Shown here piece by piece: positions 8,687 to 18,377 of a stretch of DNA of 64,000 nucleotides. Under the pieces are notes generated by a model. It made no database searches. It was given only the letters and a program-made list of their open reading frames with translations, and was not told the origin of the DNA. This DNA is from Clostridia bacterium (GTDB taxonomy: Bacteria; Bacillota; Clostridia; UBA1381; UMGS1253): contig JAZQCN010000091.1 of the NCBI GenBank assembly GCA_045546315.1, positions 98,035 through 162,034 on the forward strand, given 5' to 3'. The number at the start of each line of letters is the position of its first letter. Within the stretch, counting starts at the first letter, position 1. Position numbers and translations under genes: made by a program.

Positions 8687-10576
8687 TTAAAAGTAAATTT
8701 TCTGCACACCCTTGTAGGCGTCATCGTGGTAAATCTCGAGCAGTGCTTCACTTTTACCCGTCACACGCAAGTCAAAGGTTCCCTCTGTTTTGCTGTGCAT
8801 TGCATCGTGGATAACGGTGCCGTTTGCGACAACGCGAATGCGTGTCGTATCCTTATTTTGCGGCACAGGTATGCTGATGGTCTTCACCTTAATCTGCTCC
8901 TCCGGCTCCTGCGGTTCAACCGGTGGCTTCTCTTCTTCTTTGCCGCTGCTGACAACAATGCTGATGCTGTCACCCTTTTCCGCCGGCGTACCGCTTTGCG
9001 GCGACTGGCGGATAACCAAGCCCTTCTCTATCTCGGAGGCTTCCTCCGTAATCGACCCGAGCTTAAACCCTGCGGCCTCCAGGTTTGACTTGGCAGCCGC
9101 TACAGTCAAGCCTTTCAAATTCGGAACCTCGCCCTCTTCAATCTGATCATTGACATAAATCGTTACCGTATCGCCCTTTTGCGCATCCTTCCCGCCTTCG
9201 GGATTCTGACGCACAACCGCATCCTTCGGCAAAGTGTCGCTGTATTGCGAGCGACGAACCACCTTGAAGCCGAACGACTCTAATTCCTCTACCGCATCAT
9301 CCACCGGCATATTTACAACGCTCGGAATTTTCAAATCCGGCTCACCGCCGCTGACGCGCACCTTCACCTTAAACCCTTTTTGCACGGTCTTTCCCGGAAT
9401 CGGGTTCTGCTCTACAACGATACCCTCCTCGTATTTGGTATCGTAGACAATTTCCTCAATTTCCATTTTCAGCTTGCTTTTCTTCAGTGTTTCCTCTGCC
9501 TGCTCCTGTGTCAGCTCCAAAAGCTTCGGCACCTTCACCTCATTACGCTGTCCGCCGCTGGACATAAACAGCACAAATATACCGACAACCAACGCAATCG
9601 CACAAAAAACAGAACCGATCATAATCCAGATATCGCTTTTTTTCAGCTTCATCTTCTTTTTGCCCGAATCGCTGCTGCCCTTGCGTTGACGCCGTCTCGG
9701 CACATTGGCTTCTTCCTCTGCAGCCGGTGCTACCGCAGCACCCTGCAGCACATTTTCCAAATCCTGAATCATTTCCGTTGCCGATGCATAGCGGCAGCGC
9801 TTTTCTTTATTGATGCTCTTTGCAATAATCGCATCCAAATCCGCCGGCAGCCCCGGCTTTTGCTCCGTCACCGGCACAACCGTTTCATTCATATGCTTCA
9901 TCGCAACCGCCACCGGCGTATCCGCGTCAAACGGCACCTTGCCCGTCAGCATTTCATAAAAAACGACACCTGCGGAATACAAGTCAGACTTCGCATCTGT
10001 AAAACCGCCGCGCGCCTGCTCCGGCGAGCAGTAATGCACCGAGCCGAGCGCCCCGCCGGCTTCGCCGGCTACCGTTGTGGAAGAACCGGTTGCACGCGCA
10101 ATGCCGAAGTCCGTCACCTTTAAGGTGCCATCCTCCGTGATGAGCATATTCTGCGGCTTAATGTCCTGGTGAATAATGTTATGCTTATGCGCACATTCAA
10201 GCGCCGCGCAAATCTGCAGCTCCAGCTGCACGGCTTCCTTCCAATCCAGTGCGCCACGCTCGGCAATATATTCCTTTAAAGTTTTGCCGGCAATCAATTC
10301 CATAACAATATAGTGCAAATCGTCTGTGCTGCAAACATCATAAACTGCCACAATATTGGCATGGCTGATGGCAGCCGCCGCCTGCGCTTCTGTCACAAAA
10401 CGGCGCATAAACGCCTCATCGCCCGTAAACTCGCTGCGCAAAACCTTAATGGCTACATTGCGGTTTAATTTGCGGCAATGCGCTTTATACACATGTGCCA
10501 TACCGCCACTGCCGATGTTTTCCAATATTTCATAGCGATCGTTTAACACCGTTCCAACTGTTATATATTCACTCAT
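8687..10576 (-). CDS. prkC: Ser/Thr protein kinase PrkC with three PASTA repeats
   Basis: Start at ATG 10576 (MSEYITVG), which overlaps the stp stop as ATGA. Hanks motifs GSGGMAHVYKA, HQDIKPQN, DFG and SPEQ. One TM helix, three PASTA repeats and a C-terminal beta-rich domain. Confidence 0.93.
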   Translation of the reverse strand: MSEYITVGTVLNDRYEILENIGSGGMAHVYKAHCRKLNRNVAIKVLRSEFTGDEAFMRRFVTEAQAAAAISHANIVAVYDVCSTDDLHYIVMELIAGKTLKEYIAERGALDWKEAVQLELQICAALECAHKHNIIHQDIKPQNMLITEDGTLKVTDFGIARATGSSTTVAGEAGGALGSVHYCSPEQARGGFTDAKSDLYSAGVVFYEMLTGKVPFDADTPVAVAMKHMNETVVPVTEQKPGLPADLDAIIAKSINKEKRCRYASATEMIQDLENVLQGAAVAPAAEEEANVPRRRQRKGSSDSGKKKMKLKKSDIWIMIGSVFCAIALVVGIFVLFMSSGGQRNEVKVPKLLELTQEQAEETLKKSKLKMEIEEIVYDTKYEEGIVVEQNPIPGKTVQKGFKVKVRVSGGEPDLKIPSVVNMPVDDAVEELESFGFKVVRRSQYSDTLPKDAVVRQNPEGGKDAQKGDTVTIYVNDQIEEGEVPNLKGLTVAAAKSNLEAAGFKLGSITEEASEIEKGLVIRQSPQSGTPAEKGDSISIVVSSGKEEEKPPVEPQEPEEQIKVKTISIPVPQNKDTTRIRVVANGTVIHDAMHSKTEGTFDLRVTGKSEALLEIYHDDAYKGVQKIYF

Positions 10577-11331
10577 TTGTCCACGCATCCTTTCGCCGAA
10601 TCCTGCTGCACCGAAAGCAGCACAACCGAGATGTTATCCCTGCCGCCGGCAGCGTTTGCCTGCCGAACCAGCGCCTCCGCCGCCTCTGCTACCGAGCCGG
10701 ACGCCTGCACAGTCTCTAAAATCCGTGCATCCTCCACCTCGCCGCTCAAGCCGTCGGAGCAAAGGAGCACCCTGCCTCCGCTTAGCTTTACTTCATAAAA
10801 CTCCGGCGCAATCGTTTCGCTTGTGCCGACCGCCTCTAAAATCACATTGCGCTGCGGATGTATTCTCGCCGCCTCCGGCGTAATTGCACCGCTGTCAACC
10901 AAGCGCTGCACCAGCGTTTGGTCAACCGTAAGCTGCGCAATATGATTATCGTTTAACAAATAAGCGCGACTGTCACCGATGTTGGAAACGAGCAAGTGAT
11001 TTTCATAAATCAATGCAACCGTCAAGGTTGTTCCCATGCCATAGAGCGTTGCATCCGCCTGCGCTCTTGTATAAATCCTTTCATTTGCCGTGCTGTACGC
11101 CACACGCAAAATTTCCTTAACCTCGTCCGTAGTCGATTCCGGTTTCAAAAGCGAGAGCAGCGTTGCTTTCAAGCTCTCGATTGCCATTTTGCTCGCGGTT
11201 GCACCGCCGGCTGCACCACCCATACCGTCTGCAACGATGCCGACCAAAAATCCGGCACGCACGAACGCACATACGCTGTCCTGATTGTCTTCACGCACAC
11301 GGCCTACATCTGTTCTTGCTATAAATTCCAT
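10573..11331 (-). CDS. stp: PP2C-family Ser/Thr phosphatase
   Basis: 252 aa with RTDVGRVREDNQD, ADGMGG and CSDGLS motifs. Paired with prkC. Confidence 0.92.
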   Translation of the reverse strand: MEFIARTDVGRVREDNQDSVCAFVRAGFLVGIVADGMGGAAGGATASKMAIESLKATLLSLLKPESTTDEVKEILRVAYSTANERIYTRAQADATLYGMGTTLTVALIYENHLLVSNIGDSRAYLLNDNHIAQLTVDQTLVQRLVDSGAITPEAARIHPQRNVILEAVGTSETIAPEFYEVKLSGGRVLLCSDGLSGEVEDARILETVQASGSVAEAAEALVRQANAAGGRDNISVVLLSVQQDSAKGCVDK

Positions 11332-11352
11332 CGGTAATCACCTCACTTGTTC

Positions 11353-12390
11353 TCATGCCTGCGTCAGCGTCTTTTGTCTGAGCTGACCGCACGAAGCACT
11401 GATGTCACTTCCGAGCTCGCGGCGCACCGTAGCGGTGATGCCGCTCTTGCCCAATATATCTATAAACTGTTCTATGTTTTCTTTCTTGCTTTTTCTGTAG
11501 CTGCGTTCTTTGACGGTATTGACCGGAATCAGATTCACATGGCAAAGCATACCCGCAAGCCGCTTTGCAAGCTCTCGCGCGTGCTCCGCTTTGTCGTTAA
11601 CGCCGTCGCACATTGCGTATTCAAAGGAAATGCGTCTGCCCGTCACGCTTTGGTACGCGCGGCAAGCCTTTAAAAGCTCCGCAATATTGTGCGCACGGTT
11701 GACCGGCATCATACCCGTTCGAATCTCATCGTTCGGCGCGTGCAGCGAAATTGAAAGCGTAATCGGCAAATCCAGCTTTGCCAGCTTTTCAATCCCTTCA
11801 ACCAGACCGCAGGTAGAAAGCGAAATATGTCTGTAGCCGATATTTAAACCGCGCTCGTCATTGACCAAAAGCAAAAATCTGCGCACATTTTCAAAATTAT
11901 CGAGCGGCTCACCGATGCCCATCATCACAATATTGGATATGCGCTTGGAAAGGTCAGCCTGCGCAGATAAAATCTGCCCTAAAATTTCGCCTGCCAGCAA
12001 ATCGCGCTTCTTACCGCCGAGCGTAGATGCGCAAAAGCGGCAGCCCATTCTGCAGCCGACCTGCGAGGAAACGCAAATGGTCGTGCCGTGCTTATATTCC
12101 ATTACAACCGTTTCGATACATTCCCCATCCGAAAGGCGCATCAGATATTTCACCGTACCGTCCTTTGCGGAAACATACTTTTCCAGAATGTCCACACGAT
12201 GAATTGTGGCAATTTCGGAAAGCTTTTCACGAAATGCCTTCGAAAGGTTTGTCATTTCCTCAATAGAGGAAACGCCTTTTTCGTGAAGCCACGAAAACAC
12301 CTGCTGCGTGCGAAACTTTTTCTCGCCCGCCTGCACAATCAGGTCCTCCAGCTCTTGATATGTAAGACTTCTTAAATCAATCTTCTCCAT
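11353..12390 (-). CDS. rlmN: 23S rRNA/tRNA (adenine-C2)-methyltransferase, radical SAM
   Basis: CRMGCRFC radical-SAM cluster and a C-terminal SASCGQL motif. Confidence 0.95.
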   Translation of the reverse strand: MEKIDLRSLTYQELEDLIVQAGEKKFRTQQVFSWLHEKGVSSIEEMTNLSKAFREKLSEIATIHRVDILEKYVSAKDGTVKYLMRLSDGECIETVVMEYKHGTTICVSSQVGCRMGCRFCASTLGGKKRDLLAGEILGQILSAQADLSKRISNIVMMGIGEPLDNFENVRRFLLLVNDERGLNIGYRHISLSTCGLVEGIEKLAKLDLPITLSISLHAPNDEIRTGMMPVNRAHNIAELLKACRAYQSVTGRRISFEYAMCDGVNDKAEHARELAKRLAGMLCHVNLIPVNTVKERSYRKSKKENIEQFIDILGKSGITATVRRELGSDISASCGQLRQKTLTQA

Positions 12391-13732
12391 ACGACTTCCT
12401 CATCATTTTGCATACAAAAAATCCGTCCATCCCATCGGTATCTGGGAAAAACGCCGCATAGCCTTCCTTTGCGGTAGGCTTTTGCACACCGCACGGCAAT
12501 GCCTCCGTCATATCGCAAAGCGAAAATTCGGGGTTCTCTGCCAAAAATGCGCGCACCACACCGAGATTTTCCTTCTCGCCTATGGTGCAGGTGCTGTAAA
12601 CCAATATGCCGCCCGGCTTTACATACGACTTGCAGGTGTCAAGTATTTTAAGCTGCAGCGCCGCAAGCGCTTCTTCCTTTTCAGCACTCCAGGCGTATTT
12701 TATATCCGGCTTTTTGCCGATAATACCTAAACCCGAGCAAGGTGCATCCACCAAAACGCGGTCAGCACGCGCTTCAAACACAGGCATGGGTACGGCTGCA
12801 TCTGCACACGCGGAAACAATGCTTTTTATGCCCATCCGCGCTGCCGTCTGCGCAATTAAAGCAATTTTATGCTCGTGAATATCGAAGGCATGCAGCTTGC
12901 AGTCATCCTCTGCGCGCTGCGCTATATACACGCTTTTGCCGCCCGGCGCGGCGCACATATCCAGCACCGTCATCCCGGGCTTTGCATCGAGTGCGCGTAC
13001 CGCCGTCATTGAGCCTGCGCCCTGCGCCGTAATCTGCCCTGCCTTATACGCCTCCAGCGCCGTAATATCCGTGCCGCTTAAAATCAGCGCATCGTCAAAG
13101 CGACCGTCAGCAACCGCAACGCCTGCCTGCTCCAGCTGCATACGCACCTGCCGGGCAGACGCCTTTAATGTGTTCACACGCACATGCATCTGCGGTGAGC
13201 GGCACATCGCCTCCATCATGGCTTCCGCTCTGTCCTCACCGTAAAGCGAGATAAAGTACTCCACAAGCGGCATCGGGAACGAATACTGTACCGATAAGCG
13301 CTCTGCCGTTTTTTGCGGCAAAGCGATGTTCTCTTTTTCGCGCACCACACTGCGCAAAACGCCGTTAATAAAGCCCTTCGAGCGGTACGCCAGCTTACCC
13401 GCAAGGCGCACACACTCATCCACGGCCGCACTGTCCGGCACGCGGTCGAGCTTCATAATCTGAAAGATACCGATGCGCAAAAGCACCAGCACATTCGCCG
13501 AAAGCTTTTTAATTTTTACACTGGAAAACTTACCAATGATATAGTCCAAATAAATCTGATACTTTACGCAGCCGTAGGCAATTGCCGCAGCCAACCCCTT
13601 GTCCGCGCCGCTCAAATGCGTGCCGCTCAGCACCTCGTTCAGCGCCAGATTGACATAAGCACCGTCCGTCAATTGTGCATACAGCACCTTATACGCCGCC
13701 ATACGCGCATCAGAAGCTCTTCTTTCTCCCAT
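12377..13732 (-). CDS. rsmB: 16S rRNA (cytosine967-C5)-methyltransferase
   Basis: NusB-like N-terminus plus an MTase domain with DMCAAPGGK, DAPCSG and YSTCT motifs. Confidence 0.92.
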   Translation of the reverse strand: MGERRASDARMAAYKVLYAQLTDGAYVNLALNEVLSGTHLSGADKGLAAAIAYGCVKYQIYLDYIIGKFSSVKIKKLSANVLVLLRIGIFQIMKLDRVPDSAAVDECVRLAGKLAYRSKGFINGVLRSVVREKENIALPQKTAERLSVQYSFPMPLVEYFISLYGEDRAEAMMEAMCRSPQMHVRVNTLKASARQVRMQLEQAGVAVADGRFDDALILSGTDITALEAYKAGQITAQGAGSMTAVRALDAKPGMTVLDMCAAPGGKSVYIAQRAEDDCKLHAFDIHEHKIALIAQTAARMGIKSIVSACADAAVPMPVFEARADRVLVDAPCSGLGIIGKKPDIKYAWSAEKEEALAALQLKILDTCKSYVKPGGILVYSTCTIGEKENLGVVRAFLAENPEFSLCDMTEALPCGVQKPTAKEGYAAFFPDTDGMDGFFVCKMMRKSYGED

Positions 13733-14418
13733 CAGTCTCGTCTCCTGCCGGAAATGGCCAAAAGGCGCAAAAGCGAGCCGATGGCCGCCAGTGTAGATGC
13801 CACATAGGTCATCGCCGCAGCCGAAAGCACCTTCTTTGCTCCCTTGTTTTCCTCGTCCGATAAAATGCCGTAGCCCTCCAGCGTTTTGAGTGCACGCGAG
13901 GATGCATTAAACTCGACCGGCAAGGTGATTACGGAAAAAGCAACCACAGCAACATACAGCCAGATTGCAAAGTCAACCAAGCCGACAAAACCCATAACCA
14001 GACCCAAAAGCAGCAGCGGCACTGCCATCTGCGAGCCTAAGTTTGCAATCGGCACCAAAAATGAGCGAATCTTAATTGGCAGATACCCGTCTCTGTATTG
14101 CTGTGCATGTCCTGCCTCGTGCGCCGCAACACCAATGGCCGCCACCGAGGTGGAATTATAAACCGAATCCGACAAACGAATCACATTGCCGCGCGGGTCA
14201 AAATGGTCTGTCAAATTACCGCTTACGCGCTCAACGCCGACATGACGAAGCCCCGCATTGTCCAATATCATACGCGTCACCTGCGCTGCGGTGTAGCCAC
14301 GCGCAGAAAACACCTTGGCGTAGCGGTTGAAGGTGGAGTTCACCTTCGAGCTTGCCCAAATAGAAAGTATCAAAGGAATTAATACATAAATATACGAGCT
14401 GTAGTACCCGTCAAACAT
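13732..14418 (-). CDS. YugP-like membrane zinc metallopeptidase
   Basis: 228 aa with an HEAGHA zinc motif flanked by TM helices. Confidence 0.8.
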   Translation of the reverse strand: MFDGYYSSYIYVLIPLILSIWASSKVNSTFNRYAKVFSARGYTAAQVTRMILDNAGLRHVGVERVSGNLTDHFDPRGNVIRLSDSVYNSTSVAAIGVAAHEAGHAQQYRDGYLPIKIRSFLVPIANLGSQMAVPLLLLGLVMGFVGLVDFAIWLYVAVVAFSVITLPVEFNASSRALKTLEGYGILSDEENKGAKKVLSAAAMTYVASTLAAIGSLLRLLAISGRRRD

Positions 14419-14422
14419 GTGC

Positions 14423-15358
14423 TCACACTCCTAAAATCACATTTTCCTCTATAGAGTTACCAAGAAGATAGCTTTTCACATCCATCATCTTTTTACCTTC
14501 AAACTGCACGGTTTGCACCAAAACGGCACCCGCGCCGCAGCGCACGCAAAGCCCGTCCGTGCGGTTGGCATAAAGCACCTGCCCTGCCGCGCCGCGCGTT
14601 TCGTTTTCCAAAACCTGCACGCTGCCGATTTTCACACGCGCACCCTTGTAGTATGTGTACGCCAGCGGCCAGGAATTCATACCGCGCACCAAATTTTTAA
14701 TTTCCGCCGCAGAAAGCGACCAGTCAATTTCCGCCTGCGCTTTATCAAGCATTGCCGCATAGGTGCTTTCCGCATCATTTTGCTTTTCGCGCGGCGCCGT
14801 ACCGTTTTCAAGCATTGCAACGGTTTCTATAAGCGCTTCCGCCCCCAAAACCGCCAAACGGTCAAACAGCTCTGCCGCGGTTTCGTCTTCGCCGATTTCG
14901 GTTTCCTTTTTCAGAATCATATCGCCGGTATCCAAGCCGACATCCATATACATCGTCGTTACGCCGGTCACCCTTTCACCCGCAAGCACTGCGCGCTGAA
15001 TCGGCGCCGCGCCGCGGTATTTCGGCAAAAGCGAGCCGTGCACATTAATGCAGCCGAGCTTCGGATATTCCAAAATATACTTCGGCAGGATTTTGCCATA
15101 GGCTACAACCACAATCAAGTCCGGCTGCTCCGCCTCCAGTACGGGCAAAAACGCGCCGTCCCTGAGCGTTTCCGGCTGGTGCACCAAAAGCCCCAACTCG
15201 TCTGCCGCCGCGTGCACCGGCGTCGGCATCAATTTATGACCGCGGTTTTTCGGCTTATCCGGCTGACTGACAACCGAAACCACCTCGTGTCCGCTTTTCG
15301 CCAAAGCCTGCAAACACACTACCGCATAATCGCTTGTTCCCATAAAAAGAATTTTCAA
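14423..15358 (-). CDS. fmt: Methionyl-tRNA formyltransferase
   Basis: 311 aa containing HGSLLPKYRGAAPIQ. Sits next to def. Confidence 0.95.
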   Translation of the reverse strand: MKILFMGTSDYAVVCLQALAKSGHEVVSVVSQPDKPKNRGHKLMPTPVHAAADELGLLVHQPETLRDGAFLPVLEAEQPDLIVVVAYGKILPKYILEYPKLGCINVHGSLLPKYRGAAPIQRAVLAGERVTGVTTMYMDVGLDTGDMILKKETEIGEDETAAELFDRLAVLGAEALIETVAMLENGTAPREKQNDAESTYAAMLDKAQAEIDWSLSAAEIKNLVRGMNSWPLAYTYYKGARVKIGSVQVLENETRGAAGQVLYANRTDGLCVRCGAGAVLVQTVQFEGKKMMDVKSYLLGNSIEENVILGV

Positions 15359-15379
15359 TCAAATTCACACGCCTTTATC

Positions 15380-15838
15380 TTAGTCTTTCACAAATTCGGT
15401 AACCTTATCAATAAACAGACCACCGTCCAGATGCTCAATTTCGTGGCAGAACGCCTGCGCCAAAAGGCCCTTTGCCTCCACCTCAAAGGTTTCACCGTGT
15501 CTGTCCTGCGCGCGAACGATAACCTTTTCCGGGCGCTTTACATAGCCGCTGCTCCCCGGTACGCTAAGACAGCCTTCCACTACCTCGCGCTCGCCCTTTT
15601 TATAAACAAGCTTCGGGTTAACCAGCTCATAACGCTCGCCTTCCTCGCGCGTGTCCACAACAACGGCGCGCTTTAAAATGCCGACCTGCACCGCCGCAAG
15701 ACCGACACCGCCTGCGTCGTACATCGTGTCAAACATATCATCCAACAGCTGCCCGAGACGGTCATCAAATACCGTCACCTCGCGGCTGATTTTACGCAGC
15801 ACCTCATCCGGTTCTTTTCTGATTAATCGAATTGCCAT
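15380..15838 (-). CDS. def: Peptide deformylase
   Basis: GVGLAAVQ, EGCLS and HEIEHL motifs. Confidence 0.95.
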   Translation of the reverse strand: MAIRLIRKEPDEVLRKISREVTVFDDRLGQLLDDMFDTMYDAGGVGLAAVQVGILKRAVVVDTREEGERYELVNPKLVYKKGEREVVEGCLSVPGSSGYVKRPEKVIVRAQDRHGETFEVEAKGLLAQAFCHEIEHLDGGLFIDKVTEFVKD

Positions 15839-15923
15839 TTTTCTTCTCTCCTCATATCTATCTCAAAAACATCATTTTTTTATCCCGATTTTCGACGGCG
15901 CAATGCGCTGAATTTACCCTTTT

Positions 15924-18365
15924 TTATAATAGTGAATTTGGGTTTTTATCTATGACCAAACTCAAGAACTTGCGGTTAGGCTCCTTCATATGCAGCGTTA
16001 AGACTTCTCGCAACACACCGCTGAGCTTTTCCGCGTTTTCGCACTTTATTACAATGCGGTAGCGGAATTTATCCTTGATTTTCGGAATACCTGCGGGGAC
16101 CGGTCCTAAAATCGAAACGCGACCGCACTGCCCTTCGTCGCAGCGCGCGTGCAGAAGCTTTGCCAACTCCCGGATGTGGGTGCGCACGAGATTTTCGTTT
16201 GCACCGCTGACCAAAACGGTAACCAGCTCGCAAAACGGCGGATACCACATTGCCCGCCTGAAAGCAATCTCCTCCGCGTAAAAGCCGAGATAATCGTGAT
16301 TTTTCGCGTGCACAATCGCATAGTGCTCCGGCGAATAGGTCTGCACGATGGCTCTGCCGCGCAAATGTCCGCGCCCGGCGCGCCCCGCCACCTGCGTAAT
16401 CAGGTTAAAGGTGCGCTCGCTGCTGCGATAATCGTCGATATGCAGCGCAGAATCTGCCGCCAAAACACCGACGAGCGTCACTGTATGAAAATCAAGTCCC
16501 TTGGACACCATCTGCGTGCCCAAAAGCACATCAATTTTTTCATTTTCAAATTTATCAAGCAGCTTCTGATGCGCCGCCTTTGTCGAGGTCGTGTCTGCAT
16601 CCATACGCACAACGCTGATGCCTGCAAACTCCTGCTCGAGCGCCTCCTCCACCTTTTGCGTACCGACGCCGAAAAAGCGGATATACTTGCTTTGGCAGCT
16701 CGGACAAGCCTTATAGTTGTCCTGCGTATAGCCGCAGTAGTGGCAAGTCAGCTTGTCGGTATAACGATGATAGGTCAGCGATATGTTGCAGTGCGGGCAG
16801 GTAACCACATAGCCGCACTCTCTGCACGACACAAAGGTTGAAAATCCGCGGCGGTTTAAAAACAGAATCGTCTGCTCACCGTGTGTGCGGTTATATTCCA
16901 TTTCCTCGCGCAGCAGCGCAGAAAACATACTGCGGTTGCCACTTTTAAGCTCCTCACGCATATCGACTATGTCAACACACGGCAGCTCGCTTTGATTATA
17001 ACGCTTCTGCATTTCCAGAAGCGTGTATTCGCCCTGTTTTGCTTTATAGTAGCTCTCCACCAGCGGCGTTGCCGATGCGTAGAGCGCTACGGCGTTATGC
17101 TGCATACAACGGAATTTTGCCACATCGCGCGCATGATAGCGCGGCGCACTTTCCGACTTGTACGCATTTTCGTGCTCTTCATCCATAATAATGATGCCGA
17201 TGTCGTCAAGCGGCGCAAAGATTGCCGATCGCGCACCGACCACCACGCGCACACGCCCTTCACGAATGCGCTTCCACTCGTCATAGCGCTCACCAAGCGA
17301 AAGCCCGCTGTGCAAAATGGCGACTGCATCGCCGAAACGACGCGTAAAACGCCCGGTCATCAGCGGTGTCAGCGCAATTTCCGGCACAAGCACGATTGCG
17401 CCTCTGCCCTGCTGTATCACGCGCTCAATCAGGCGCATATAGACCTCTGTTTTGCCGCTGCCCGTCACACCGCGCAGTAAAAACGCCTGCATACGGCGCG
17501 CATCAAGCGCTTCCGAAACCGAAGCATACACCTTTTTTTGCTCCTGCGTCATCTCCGGCGGCACTTCGCCGGACGGCTCTGCCGCTTCCGTGCGGCGGAT
17601 GACCTTGTCAAAAAATTCTATATAGCCTTTGCTTTTTAAGGCATTCACTGCATTGTAGCTTGCAGCAGTCATTGCAACCAAATCGCAAACCGCAACGCTT
17701 TCATTGTATTTGAGTACATTGAGCATTCTGCTCTGCACCGGTGCGCGCTGCTTCAATTCATTTTCCACCGCATAGAGGTTTTCAGCGTCCACACACAGCC
17801 GCGCAAACCGAACCGTTTTTTCTTTAATGGCGCTGCCTTCCAGCTGTTTTAAACTGACAACGCCCTTTTCCTCCAACGCCGTAACCACCGGACGCACATT
17901 GGTTTCAAAGCAGGTTAAAAGGCGCACAAGCTCCATCTCACCGCCGTCTTCTGACAGGCGCTCGACAACCGCGCGCTGCCTGCCCTTCAGCTTTTCAGCA
18001 GCTGCGCCGTCCGTCAGCTGCACCCAGGTTTCCAGGCGCACGCCTGCGCCTGCAGGAATCAAAAGGTGCAGCGCCTCTGCATAGGTACAGAGCGTGCTTT
18101 CGCGGATATAGCTTGCAAGCGCAAACCCCTTTTCGTCAAACAAGGGCTTCGGCGATGCCAGCGCGTGAATTTCCTTGAGGCTTTTGCTTTTGCTTTTTTC
18201 CTTTACGCAAACAACAAAGCCCTCCGTCAGCATATTGTTTTTGCCGAACGGCACCAGCACATGCATCCCCACACAAATGCTCGGTGCAAGTGCTTCGCCG
18301 ATTTTATAGTCAAATATTTTATCGACCTCGCGCGCCGTCTTTGAAACAATAATCTCCGCTACCAT
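15924..18365 (-). CDS. priA: Primosomal protein N' (replication restart helicase)
   Basis: Walker A GVTGSGKT, a DEEH box and a Cys-rich zinc region (CRECGYVVTCPHC...CHYCG...CPSC). Confidence 0.93.
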   Translation of the reverse strand: MVAEIIVSKTAREVDKIFDYKIGEALAPSICVGMHVLVPFGKNNMLTEGFVVCVKEKSKSKSLKEIHALASPKPLFDEKGFALASYIRESTLCTYAEALHLLIPAGAGVRLETWVQLTDGAAAEKLKGRQRAVVERLSEDGGEMELVRLLTCFETNVRPVVTALEEKGVVSLKQLEGSAIKEKTVRFARLCVDAENLYAVENELKQRAPVQSRMLNVLKYNESVAVCDLVAMTAASYNAVNALKSKGYIEFFDKVIRRTEAAEPSGEVPPEMTQEQKKVYASVSEALDARRMQAFLLRGVTGSGKTEVYMRLIERVIQQGRGAIVLVPEIALTPLMTGRFTRRFGDAVAILHSGLSLGERYDEWKRIREGRVRVVVGARSAIFAPLDDIGIIIMDEEHENAYKSESAPRYHARDVAKFRCMQHNAVALYASATPLVESYYKAKQGEYTLLEMQKRYNQSELPCVDIVDMREELKSGNRSMFSALLREEMEYNRTHGEQTILFLNRRGFSTFVSCRECGYVVTCPHCNISLTYHRYTDKLTCHYCGYTQDNYKACPSCQSKYIRFFGVGTQKVEEALEQEFAGISVVRMDADTTSTKAAHQKLLDKFENEKIDVLLGTQMVSKGLDFHTVTLVGVLAADSALHIDDYRSSERTFNLITQVAGRAGRGHLRGRAIVQTYSPEHYAIVHAKNHDYLGFYAEEIAFRRAMWYPPFCELVTVLVSGANENLVRTHIRELAKLLHARCDEGQCGRVSILGPVPAGIPKIKDKFRYRIVIKCENAEKLSGVLREVLTLHMKEPNRKFLSLVIDKNPNSLL

Positions 18366-18377
18366 CCGTTTTCCCTT

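Noticed and set aside
14513-15676. A 387-aa plus-strand ORF spanning the antisense of fmt and def.
   Set aside because: It lies entirely antisense to two unmistakable housekeeping genes. Its composition is Arg/His/Phe/Cys-rich and low in complexity, and it has no RBS. This is the typical stop-poor antisense frame produced by codon bias.
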